Of a DNA stretch of 64,000 nt, positions 43,638-52,412 are shown piece by piece; the first letter of the stretch is position 1, and the number at the start of each line of letters is the position of its first letter. The notes beneath the pieces are model-generated. The model saw only the letters and a program-made list of their open reading frames with translations. It did not search any database and had not been told where the DNA came from. The stretch lies in contig JAVBWN010000014.1 in NCBI GenBank assembly GCA_036677365.1, positions 64,001 through 128,000 on the forward strand. The letters run 5' to 3'. The position numbers and the translations under genes were made by a program. The stretch comes from Acholeplasma sp. (GTDB taxonomy: Bacteria; Bacillota_I; Bacilli_A; Acholeplasmatales; UBA5453).

Positions 43638-45006
43638 GAAATTATATGTAACAATCATCATTAGCCTTGTCATAGGTTTTTTAAGTGGGTGCGAAGTAAC
43701 GCTACCCACTTTTTTAACCAAACCCGACTTGTATGAAGTATATTCAATCTTGGATCAGTACTATTATAAAGATTTAGATTTTACCATCAATGATGTCACA
43801 TCTGTTGAAGATTTATTAGAACGACTCGATGATCCTTATACCTATCTTTATGTGCCCAATACCCGTACCATCGAACTCGATGAATCCTATTACGGCATTG
43901 GTATTACCATCATCGATGATCCGCTTGGGTTGAAAATCGCGAATGTCAATCCACTGGCCGATTTGGCTGGCAAAATTTATGTGGGTGATATCATCCTTGA
44001 AGTCAATGGAACGACACTATCACCACTCGCGTACGATGAAAAAACACCCCTTTTATCGGGTGATTTGAACGATGAATTTGCTTTGGTCATACAAAGAGGA
44101 GACCAGGTGGTGAATACGACCGTTTCGGTCCATGAAATTCCCATCAACTCTGTAACATCCAAAGTGTTTGACAATAAGATTGCTTACATCGATATCAACC
44201 GCTTTGCTGGAAAAACGGGGCTGGCTTTCCGTACAGAACTCGCCTTAATCGAAGCCCAAAACCCAACCGGTTTAATCATCGATGTGCGAGATAACGGTGG
44301 TGGTTATTTGACGGCAGTGGTCGATATCATCGCGCAATTCGCTACAGGGGATGGTCCAGTGGTAACCATGCACCGAATCTATGATGATCACAAAACCAAT
44401 TATATGGGCAACCCAGATAATGTTAGAAAAACATACCCTATTGTGATACTACAAAATGAACACAGTGCGTCCGCTTCAGAAGTATTGGCGATCGCTTTAA
44501 GAGAAAATGGCAATTACCCCATTGTAGGTGCACAATCTTTTGGCAAATTCGTCTATCAAACCACCTTTGCTTTAAGTAAACAAGGGAAGGAAATGTATTT
44601 CAGTATGACCGAAGGTTATTGGTATTCACCGAATGGTAATACCGTTGAGGGGGGCATCGTGCCCGACCAAATCATCGAACAATCGGGATTATTATCGCGC
44701 AGTTATCCGATTTACGTCAAAGAACTTGTTTTAAACGATGACTTGACCGATTATCAAGCACTGATCGATGTGCTTAATTTACAAGAAGATACGTTAGAAG
44801 ACCGTACCGATGTTTTGAGTTTTGATGAAGCCCTCGAAGCCAAAATTCGTGCTTTTCAAACCGCTCAAAGTCTACCGATCACGGGCACACTGAATTACGA
44901 AACAACCATTAAATTGATTGATTTTTATCGCACATATCGTGAACAATCGGTGTTTGATTTACAACTACAAAATACGATCGATTACTTGGTGAGTTATGAA
45001 AGTTGA
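43612..45006 (+). CDS. S41 C-terminal processing protease lipoprotein (CtpA-like); start uncertain
   Basis: Lipobox LSGC, DDPYT, PDZ (YYGIGI), DVRDNGGG, ASASE, SFGK; C-terminal PG-binding-like helices. Confidence 0.88.
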   Translation: MDVDLVKNKKLYVTIIISLVIGFLSGCEVTLPTFLTKPDLYEVYSILDQYYYKDLDFTINDVTSVEDLLERLDDPYTYLYVPNTRTIELDESYYGIGITIIDDPLGLKIANVNPLADLAGKIYVGDIILEVNGTTLSPLAYDEKTPLLSGDLNDEFALVIQRGDQVVNTTVSVHEIPINSVTSKVFDNKIAYIDINRFAGKTGLAFRTELALIEAQNPTGLIIDVRDNGGGYLTAVVDIIAQFATGDGPVVTMHRIYDDHKTNYMGNPDNVRKTYPIVILQNEHSASASEVLAIALRENGNYPIVGAQSFGKFVYQTTFALSKQGKEMYFSMTEGYWYSPNGNTVEGGIVPDQIIEQSGLLSRSYPIYVKELVLNDDLTDYQALIDVLNLQEDTLEDRTDVLSFDEALEAKIRAFQTAQSLPITGTLNYETTIKLIDFYRTYREQSVFDLQLQNTIDYLVSYES

Positions 45007-45772
45007 AAAGCTTGAACGTATCCGCTATGGCTACAAACTCACCATCGATGGTAAAATCACACCACTCGAAGAAGAAACGGTCGTCGTATTTAAACTTAGA
45101 AAAGACACGGAAATCGATGAAAAAACATGGCGAAAAATCTTAGAGGCCGATGCAATCCATGTTCAAAAAAGAAAAGCCATTGTACAGTTAAAAAAGCCCC
45201 AATCGGTCCATGAGTTTAAAACCTATTTGAGGGGGCTAGGCGTGGATGAGCAAAATATCGAGACTTGGACAAACACCTATAAAAAACTGGGCTATTTAGA
45301 TGATTTCGAATATGGTAAACTATTGGTAGAGGGCTACCAATCCAAGTATGGGGCTAAAAAAATCGAGTCCCTATTGAAGAATAAAGGATTACACTCAGAA
45401 ACCATCGAACGATTACTGCCCAAAAATGACGACGTATTAAAAAAACTCGTTCAAAAATCATGCAAATCGGTTCAAAAGTCCACCTATATCCAAGCCAAAA
45501 ATGCGATCATAAGGCAATGGATGGCCAAAGGGTTTGATTATGAAACCATCCAAACCTATGTGGACATGTATCTAGACCCAAAACGATTCAATGAAGATGA
45601 TAACATCGTTAAAGAATATAAAAAATTAAGAACAAAATACGAACGCACCTATCAAGGGTATAAATTGAAACAAAAAATCACCCAAGCACTGAGACAAAAA
45701 GGATTTACCGGTCAAAAGATCGAGCAAATATGCCTAGAAATGGAGAACGATTATGTACAAGATTTCGAATGA
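44996..45772 (+). CDS. recX: RecX regulatory protein
   Basis: LGYLDDFEY, YGAKKI..L..KG, KGFDYETI, QALRQKGF repeats. Confidence 0.85.
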   Translation: MKVEKLERIRYGYKLTIDGKITPLEEETVVVFKLRKDTEIDEKTWRKILEADAIHVQKRKAIVQLKKPQSVHEFKTYLRGLGVDEQNIETWTNTYKKLGYLDDFEYGKLLVEGYQSKYGAKKIESLLKNKGLHSETIERLLPKNDDVLKKLVQKSCKSVQKSTYIQAKNAIIRQWMAKGFDYETIQTYVDMYLDPKRFNEDDNIVKEYKKLRTKYERTYQGYKLKQKITQALRQKGFTGQKIEQICLEMENDYVQDFE

Positions 45773-47603
45773 AGATGCTTATTTCTTTATGCAGGGCAAA
45801 CTGTATGATGCCTATCGTATTTTTGGTGCGCATTTGATCAAAGATGAACAAGGCTACATCACAGGGACCCGTTTCACGGTGTACGCCCCCAACGCTGTGA
45901 TGGTATCGGTCGTGGGTGAATTCAATAATTGGCAAGAACATGCCCATACATTGAGTAAAATCGATGACATCGGTATTTGGTCTATCGAAATTCCGTGGAA
46001 TTTAGAATGGGCCAAATACAAATACGTCATTTTTACGAATCAAGGCAAATTGTATAAAGCAGACCCATACGCTAAATTCGCAGAAAACAGACCGAATACG
46101 GCTTCGAAAGTGTATGACATCGATGGGTATGAATGGCATGACCAAGATTGGATGTATACGAAAACAAAAGTCTATGATCAACCGGTGATGATTTATGAAA
46201 TGCACCTGGGTTCTTGGCGTACCCGTTATGGACAATTTTTTAAATTCAATGAAATCGTTGAACAATTGATCCAATACCTCAAAGAACAAAACTTTACCCA
46301 TGTCGAATTGATGCCGATATATGAACACCCATTGGATGATTCATGGGGCTATCAAGGCACAGGGTATTACGCAGCAACCGCCCGTTATGGGGTACCTAAA
46401 GATTTGATGTATATGATTGATCGTCTCCACCAAGAAGGGTTTGGGGTCATCATCGACTGGGTCCCTGGCCATATTTGTAAAGATGCCCATGGGTTATATT
46501 TCTTCGATGGGTCGCCATTATATGAACACGACGAAACCTGGAAGCGTGAAAATGAGGTATGGGGTACTGCCAACCTCGATTTATCGAAACCACAAACCAA
46601 GAGTTTCTTAATTTCAAACGCTTGTTTCTGGATGGATTATTTCCATGTGGATGGGTTTAGGGTGGATGCGGTATCTAACCTACTTTATTATTTAGGCGAT
46701 TCACGCAACGGTACTGACCAAGGTGCGATCGATTTCTTAAGACAATTATCACACGTCATTTTTGGTAAAGATGACCGTATTCTATTCATGGCAGAAGATT
46801 CCACAGCCCATGAAGGCGTCACCAAGCCGGTCGATGCGGGTGGGATTGGTTTTAATTATAAATGGAATATGGGATTTATGAATGATGTCCTCAGATACTT
46901 CAAACGTGACCCAATCCATCGTAAATGGCATCATCATGACATCACGTTCGGTTTGACCTATGCGTTCTCTGAACAATTCGTTTTACCATTTTCACACGAT
47001 GAAGTTGTCCATGGCAAAGGCACATTACTCACCAGAATGCCTGGCGATTATTGGCAAAAATTTGCGAATTACCGTTTACTCATGGGTTTATACATGACCC
47101 ACCCAGGGAAAAAGTTATTGTTCATGGGTCAAGAGTTCGCTCACTTCCAAGAATGGAGTGTCCACCGTCAACTCGACTGGAATTTATATGAGTTTAAATC
47201 GCATCACAATGCCAATGAATTTGTGAGAGATTTGTTATATTTATATAAATCTGAACCCGCTTTACATCAATTAGACCACTCAAAAGCAGGGTTCGAATGG
47301 ATTGACTCACAAAACGCTGAGCAATCGATCTTTAGCTACATCCGTTATGGTAAAAACAAAGAAGACCACGTGATCGTTGTCTTAAATATGACGCCAGTCG
47401 TATACCACCAATATGAGATTGGGGTCCCGATGGCTGGGGTCTACGATGAAATCATCAACAGTGATTTAATGAAGTATGGAGGGTCTGACCAATACAATGG
47501 GTTACCCCTTGAAACACATGAAGGTCAATGTCACCATCAATCACAGTTCGTTCAGATGACTATTGGGCCATTAACGGCACTTATTTTGAAGTATCGAAAA
47601 TAA
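45753..47603 (+). CDS. glgB: 1,4-alpha-glucan branching enzyme
   Basis: IYEMHLGSW, HPLDDSWGYQ, DWVPGH, DGFRVDAV, AEDST, SHDEVVHGK. Confidence 0.96.
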   Translation: MYKISNEDAYFFMQGKLYDAYRIFGAHLIKDEQGYITGTRFTVYAPNAVMVSVVGEFNNWQEHAHTLSKIDDIGIWSIEIPWNLEWAKYKYVIFTNQGKLYKADPYAKFAENRPNTASKVYDIDGYEWHDQDWMYTKTKVYDQPVMIYEMHLGSWRTRYGQFFKFNEIVEQLIQYLKEQNFTHVELMPIYEHPLDDSWGYQGTGYYAATARYGVPKDLMYMIDRLHQEGFGVIIDWVPGHICKDAHGLYFFDGSPLYEHDETWKRENEVWGTANLDLSKPQTKSFLISNACFWMDYFHVDGFRVDAVSNLLYYLGDSRNGTDQGAIDFLRQLSHVIFGKDDRILFMAEDSTAHEGVTKPVDAGGIGFNYKWNMGFMNDVLRYFKRDPIHRKWHHHDITFGLTYAFSEQFVLPFSHDEVVHGKGTLLTRMPGDYWQKFANYRLLMGLYMTHPGKKLLFMGQEFAHFQEWSVHRQLDWNLYEFKSHHNANEFVRDLLYLYKSEPALHQLDHSKAGFEWIDSQNAEQSIFSYIRYGKNKEDHVIVVLNMTPVVYHQYEIGVPMAGVYDEIINSDLMKYGGSDQYNGLPLETHEGQCHHQSQFVQMTIGPLTALILKYRK

Positions 47604-47626
47604 AATGTAATCGTTTGCAAAAGAGA

Positions 47627-47651
47627 AGGCACCTTTCGATGAGGTGCCTTT
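47627..47651 (+). terminator. Hairpin between glgB and glgP (terminator or stabiliser)
   Basis: AAGGCACCT-TTCGATG-AGGTGCCTT with a weak T tail. Confidence 0.55.
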
Positions 47652-47693
47652 ATGGTATAATCACAATGGATTAATACTGTAAGGAGAACACAC

Positions 47694-50102
47694 ATGTCAA
47701 ATATATTTGAAAATACAGCCATTTTTAAAAAAGCATTCGTGGAACAAGTAGAAAAGACATATGCGATCGATTTTAATACCTCTACCAGTTACCAACAATA
47801 TGTGGCCTTGGGGACCTTACTCAAAGAACACATTGCTTTGGACTGGAAAGAAACAAATAAAATCGAAGCGGATAAACGTCAAGTCTATTATTTCTCAATG
47901 GAATTTTTAATGGGACGCATGATTACCAATAACTTAATGAATGCCGGCGTTTATGACGTCGTTAAATCCGCTTTTGAAGATTTAGGATTGGATATCAATG
48001 AAATCGAACACAAAGAAACCGATGCGGGTTTAGGTAATGGGGGTTTAGGTCGCTTAGCGGCTTGTTTCATGGACTCTGTCGCTGCTTTAGCACTACCGGT
48101 TCATGGCAATTGTATCCGTTACCGTTATGGCTTTTTTAAACAAAAAATTGAGAACGGCTATCAAGTTGAATACCCTGACCGTTGGTTAAAAGACATCCAC
48201 GTTTGGGAAGTCAGACGCGATGAAGAAGCGGTGGACGTGCCATTTTATGGCTACATTGAACTTTCGGTCATCGATGGTAAACTCAATGTATTCCATCGAA
48301 ATGCAGAATATGTCAAAGCCGTACCTTATGACGTACCGATTGTCGGTTATAACAACCAAGTCGTCAATACCTTACGCTTATGGAGTGCTGAACCGAGCGA
48401 CCGTTACCAAAACCAAGGTGGGACTTTCGATTACCATAAGAAACTCAGACAAATCTCAGAAATGCTTTACCCGAATGATGATACCGATGAAGGTAAAATT
48501 TTACGTCTCAAACAACAATATTTATTTTCGAGTGCAGGCGTGAACGCCGTCATAAAAAAACATAAGAAGTTGTTTGGTACCTTAGAAAATCTGGCAGAAA
48601 AAGCGGTATTCCACATCAACGATACCCATCCAACCTTAATCATTCCAGAATTGATGCGTATCTTGGTCGATGAAGAATCGATGGAATGGGAACACGCATG
48701 GGACATCACCAAACGTTGTGTGGCTTATACCAACCATACCATTTTAGCGGAAGCTTTAGAAAAATGGCCAATCCGTTTGTTCCAACCATTGTTACCTCGA
48801 ATTTATACCATCACAGAAGAAATCAACCGTCGTTTTGAAATTGAACTCAAACAACGCTTTGGTGAAAATGCCAGAGAAGTAGAAAACATGCAAATCCTCA
48901 AAAATGGCATGGTGCACATGGCCAATTTAGCGATTGTTGGTTCATTTTCAGTGAATGGGGTTGCACAGCTACATACCGATATCTTAAAAGACATCGAAAT
49001 GCGCGATTTTGCCCAATATTATCCGAATAAATTCAATAATAAAACCAACGGGATTACCCACAGACGCTGGGTCTTACAAAGCAACCCTGAAATTGTATCT
49101 ATCTTAAAGGATACGATTGGGGATGCATGGATTACCGATACGTCAAAACTGGAAGGTTTAGTCAAGTTTGCTAATGACGCATCGATTCAAAAACGATTTG
49201 AAACGATGAAGTTGGCAAGAAAACAAGCCTTAGCAGACAAGATTTATAAAGAACAAGGCGTCAAACTCAACCCACACGCGATTTTTGACATCCAAGTCAA
49301 ACGTCTCCATGAATACAAACGCCAATTGATGAATGCCCTTCACATCATGCATCTATACAATGAATTGAAGTCCAATCCTGAAATGCGTAAGCAATTCTAC
49401 CCACAAAACTTCATTTTTGGTGCGAAAGCAGCACCGACTTATTGGTTTGCGAAAAAGGTCATCAAATTGATCAATACCATAGCGGATAAAGTCAACAATG
49501 ACCCAGATACCAATGAACTATTGAAAGTTGTGTTTGTGGAAGACTATAATGTCACCTACGCTGAAACCATCATGCCGGCGGCTGACCTATCAGAACAAAT
49601 CTCGACCGCTTCCAAAGAAGCTTCGGGTACTGGGAACATGAAGTTTATGATGAATGGTGCCATCACGATTGGAACACTCGATGGTGCGAACGTTGAAATC
49701 GCTGATTTTGTCGGTGAAGAAAACATCATCATCTTTGGTTTAAATGCGAAAGAAGTCACCGATCTATATAAGAAAGGTAACTACCAACCCTATGAAATGT
49801 ATCAAAAAGACCCGAGAATCAAAAAGGTCTTAGACCAACTCACCAATGGGTTCTTTGAAAAAGTCCCACCGTATGAGTTTGAAGATATCCGTAGAAATCT
49901 ACTCGAACGCGATGTCTACCTCGTACTTAAAGATTTTGATGCGTATGTTGCGGCACAAGCCAAAGCCAACAAGTTATATCAAAATCGACCACAATGGCTG
50001 AAGATGTCCATCATGAATACCGCGAAGTCAGGATTCTTCTCGACAGACCGTACCATGGCGGAATACAACAAAGACATTTGGCACGTTGAAAAAATCAAAT
50101 AA
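47694..50102 (+). CDS. glgP: Glycogen/maltodextrin phosphorylase
   Basis: LGNGGLGRLAAC, INDTHP, YTNHT, KRLHEYKRQ, EASGTGNMKF (PLP lysine). Confidence 0.97.
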   Translation: MSNIFENTAIFKKAFVEQVEKTYAIDFNTSTSYQQYVALGTLLKEHIALDWKETNKIEADKRQVYYFSMEFLMGRMITNNLMNAGVYDVVKSAFEDLGLDINEIEHKETDAGLGNGGLGRLAACFMDSVAALALPVHGNCIRYRYGFFKQKIENGYQVEYPDRWLKDIHVWEVRRDEEAVDVPFYGYIELSVIDGKLNVFHRNAEYVKAVPYDVPIVGYNNQVVNTLRLWSAEPSDRYQNQGGTFDYHKKLRQISEMLYPNDDTDEGKILRLKQQYLFSSAGVNAVIKKHKKLFGTLENLAEKAVFHINDTHPTLIIPELMRILVDEESMEWEHAWDITKRCVAYTNHTILAEALEKWPIRLFQPLLPRIYTITEEINRRFEIELKQRFGENAREVENMQILKNGMVHMANLAIVGSFSVNGVAQLHTDILKDIEMRDFAQYYPNKFNNKTNGITHRRWVLQSNPEIVSILKDTIGDAWITDTSKLEGLVKFANDASIQKRFETMKLARKQALADKIYKEQGVKLNPHAIFDIQVKRLHEYKRQLMNALHIMHLYNELKSNPEMRKQFYPQNFIFGAKAAPTYWFAKKVIKLINTIADKVNNDPDTNELLKVVFVEDYNVTYAETIMPAADLSEQISTASKEASGTGNMKFMMNGAITIGTLDGANVEIADFVGEENIIIFGLNAKEVTDLYKKGNYQPYEMYQKDPRIKKVLDQLTNGFFEKVPPYEFEDIRRNLLERDVYLVLKDFDAYVAAQAKANKLYQNRPQWLKMSIMNTAKSGFFSTDRTMAEYNKDIWHVEKIK

Positions 50103-50107
50103 TCATG

Positions 50108-50148
50108 AAAAATGCGCCTGCAAAGATGATTTGCAGACGCATTTTTTT
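50108..50148. terminator. Bidirectional terminator after glgP
   Basis: AAAAATGCGCCTGCAAA..TTTGCAGACGCATTTTT. Confidence 0.85.
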
Positions 50149-50422
50149 ACTTATTAAACATGATTTATTCGGAATTAAACATATTGGTAGGCAACCACGT
50201 CCCTGCACCAACCAACAGTAAGTTGATGATGATGGTGATTAGAAGATGGAAGTAGTTGACTTCTAGTCCTAGAATGAAACCAATCGATTGAACCGAATTA
50301 TACACAGGAATCAAATACATCTTGGTATCGGTTGTACTCGAACCAAATATGCTCGAAATACTCACCAACATGATGATGCGGACAATTTCTAAATAGCATT
50401 TGGTAAAAAAGGTTTTCTTCAT
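50147..50422 (-). pseudogene. Probable remnant of NatB-like ABC permease C-terminus
   Basis: YLIPVYNSVQ..ITIIINLL..MFNSE*IMFNK*: in-frame continuation beyond the TAA at 50165-50167. Confidence 0.55.
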
Positions 50423-50622
50423 TGATTTTCCTCCTCATAAATAAAGACTTCTTCAACAGTCAAATCAAAATATCTCGCAATTTTCATTGCTAAAATAATC
50501 GATGGGTTATACTTACCAGTTTCGATAGAACTGATGGTTTGTCGTGATACACCCATCGCTTCAGCCAATGTTTCTTGTTTTAGATTGGCTTGTTTTCGTA
50601 ACCATTCCAGTCGATTGTTCAT
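50419..50622 (-). CDS. XRE-family HTH transcriptional regulator
   Basis: NRLEWLRKQANLKQETLAEAMGVSRQTISSIETGKYNPSIILAMKIARYF. Confidence 0.92.
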   Translation of the reverse strand: MNNRLEWLRKQANLKQETLAEAMGVSRQTISSIETGKYNPSIILAMKIARYFDLTVEEVFIYEEENQ

Positions 50623-50634
50623 ACATACCCCCGT

Positions 50635-50650
50635 GTCAAGTTAACTTTAC
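50635..50650. promoter_or_regulatory. Palindromic operator upstream of XRE gene
   Basis: GTCAAG-TTAA-CTTTAC (one mismatch from a perfect palindrome), about 13 bp before the start. Confidence 0.55.
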
Positions 50651-50674
50651 AAAAAAAAAACTAAGCAGGGTTGC

Positions 50675-51493
50675 CTAGTTCGTTTTTATGTAACGTTTGA
50701 GGTATTCAATGACACCATCTTCAGTATTGGGTTTGTCAGTAATATCGTTCGAAATCGCTTTAACTTCATCGTGACCATTGACCATCGCTACACCGTGAAA
50801 CACGACTTGTAACATATCGATGTCGTTTTTACCATCACCAAAAGCAATCACCTGTTCAGGTTCGAAACCATAATACTGGCGGACGAATTCTACCGCTTCA
50901 CCCTTAGAAGTGCGTTTTTGATAAATTTCAAATATCGCATTCTTTTGATCGTATCCCCAATCTCTAAAATTGAGGGTATCCTCACATTCATTCAAAATGA
51001 AGGACTCAAAGGCAGATTTATAAGCCACATCGATGATATACATTAAACCAGAAGGTTCGGGGTTGTTTTGGTTTGTAAAAGGACCTTCAACGAAGAAAGT
51101 ATCCTCGGTTTCATGGTACAACCAATTCAATCGATCGGTCGGTTTATACACATACAAACCATTATCCACACTATAGAACGCTGTGCGCGTGAACGGTTCT
51201 GCATATGTAAACAATTTGTCCACGACACGTTTTGGTATGGTAAGCGTCATTTTTTTAAAATGTGGATCTCTAGGATTTTCGATAGAACCGCCATTATCCG
51301 TAATCAGTGGGGTATCTAAATCCAATGTTTGATAGTAGTGGTAGCAACCCCTGAATGGACGACCGGTTGCGAGGATCACTTTATGGCCATCTTTGGACAG
51401 CTGCTTAAGGTAGTTAACTGTGGTTTCTGATAACTCTGAAGACGCATTTAATAAGGTCCCGTCTAAGTCAGAAACAATCATGTATTTTTTCAT
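50675..51493 (-). CDS. Cof-type HAD-IIB hydrolase
   Basis: VSDLDGTLL, ATGRP, SKG, FGDGKNDIDM; start MKKYM at 51493. Confidence 0.9.
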   Translation of the reverse strand: MKKYMIVSDLDGTLLNASSELSETTVNYLKQLSKDGHKVILATGRPFRGCYHYYQTLDLDTPLITDNGGSIENPRDPHFKKMTLTIPKRVVDKLFTYAEPFTRTAFYSVDNGLYVYKPTDRLNWLYHETEDTFFVEGPFTNQNNPEPSGLMYIIDVAYKSAFESFILNECEDTLNFRDWGYDQKNAIFEIYQKRTSKGEAVEFVRQYYGFEPEQVIAFGDGKNDIDMLQVVFHGVAMVNGHDEVKAISNDITDKPNTEDGVIEYLKRYIKTN

Positions 51494-51620
51494 TTCATCA
51501 CCGTTTATATTATCGCACATTTGAGTGTAAAATCCTAGCAGTAAAACAAATGCTTCAAAAGATAATTCTTTATCTTTTAGGCGGCTTAAGGTATAATTAA
51601 ACCAGTAAGGATGTGAAAAA

Positions 51621-52412
51621 ATGGACTGGCGACAATTCTTTTCGTTTAGACTAGAACTGGGATATCTCGGTATTTTTTTCGCTGGTGTCATGTTTGGGTT
51701 TCTATTCTTATTGTTACTCTACCTATACACCATTTTGCAGACGATGCGCAACAAGGATTTTTATAAGAAAGCCATTGAACCCGATATCGATGCTGAAGAA
51801 ATCAAATTATTGATCAAAGATGCCCAAGAACAATTCAAAAATAAAAAAGACCGCGACGATGCAGGATTGGTGAATCACTTACGGTCAATCGCGCTTGAAT
51901 TATCCAAAGACATCGCAACCAAGTTTTATCCAACATCGAAATACCCACTACTCGAACTCACCATTCAAGAAACACTGTTGTTGGGTCACTACATCACAGA
52001 CCGCGTCGACCGTTTGTTTGATGCGAAACTATTGAAGATTTTTAGAGGTAAAACCCTCGCTTCATTGATGTCTCTATATGAAGTCAAAGAAAAAGTCGAT
52101 GATTCAGCGGTCATGAAAGTTGAGAAGAAGTTCAAGGTTCGTAAACGCATCGGCGACATTTTCTCTGCCATCAATATCGCAAACCCAGCATATTGGATTA
52201 AAAAAGTGACGGTCGATAAATTGACCCAAACGATCATATTAAAGATTTGTCTTGCCATCATTGGTATTGTTGGTGAAGAAACCTATAAAATTTACAGTAA
52301 AAATGTATTCGAAATGGAAAAAGTCATCGACACAGGTGTGGATGGCATATATGAATCCATTCAAAAAGATACCGAGAAGGAGGGATTGGACGATGAGCCT
52401 GTTCAACCGTAA
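51621..52412 (+). CDS. Hypothetical membrane-anchored protein
   Basis: N-terminal TM; overlaps the start of the ftsK-like gene. Confidence 0.75.
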   Translation: MDWRQFFSFRLELGYLGIFFAGVMFGFLFLLLLYLYTILQTMRNKDFYKKAIEPDIDAEEIKLLIKDAQEQFKNKKDRDDAGLVNHLRSIALELSKDIATKFYPTSKYPLLELTIQETLLLGHYITDRVDRLFDAKLLKIFRGKTLASLMSLYEVKEKVDDSAVMKVEKKFKVRKRIGDIFSAINIANPAYWIKKVTVDKLTQTIILKICLAIIGIVGEETYKIYSKNVFEMEKVIDTGVDGIYESIQKDTEKEGLDDEPVQP

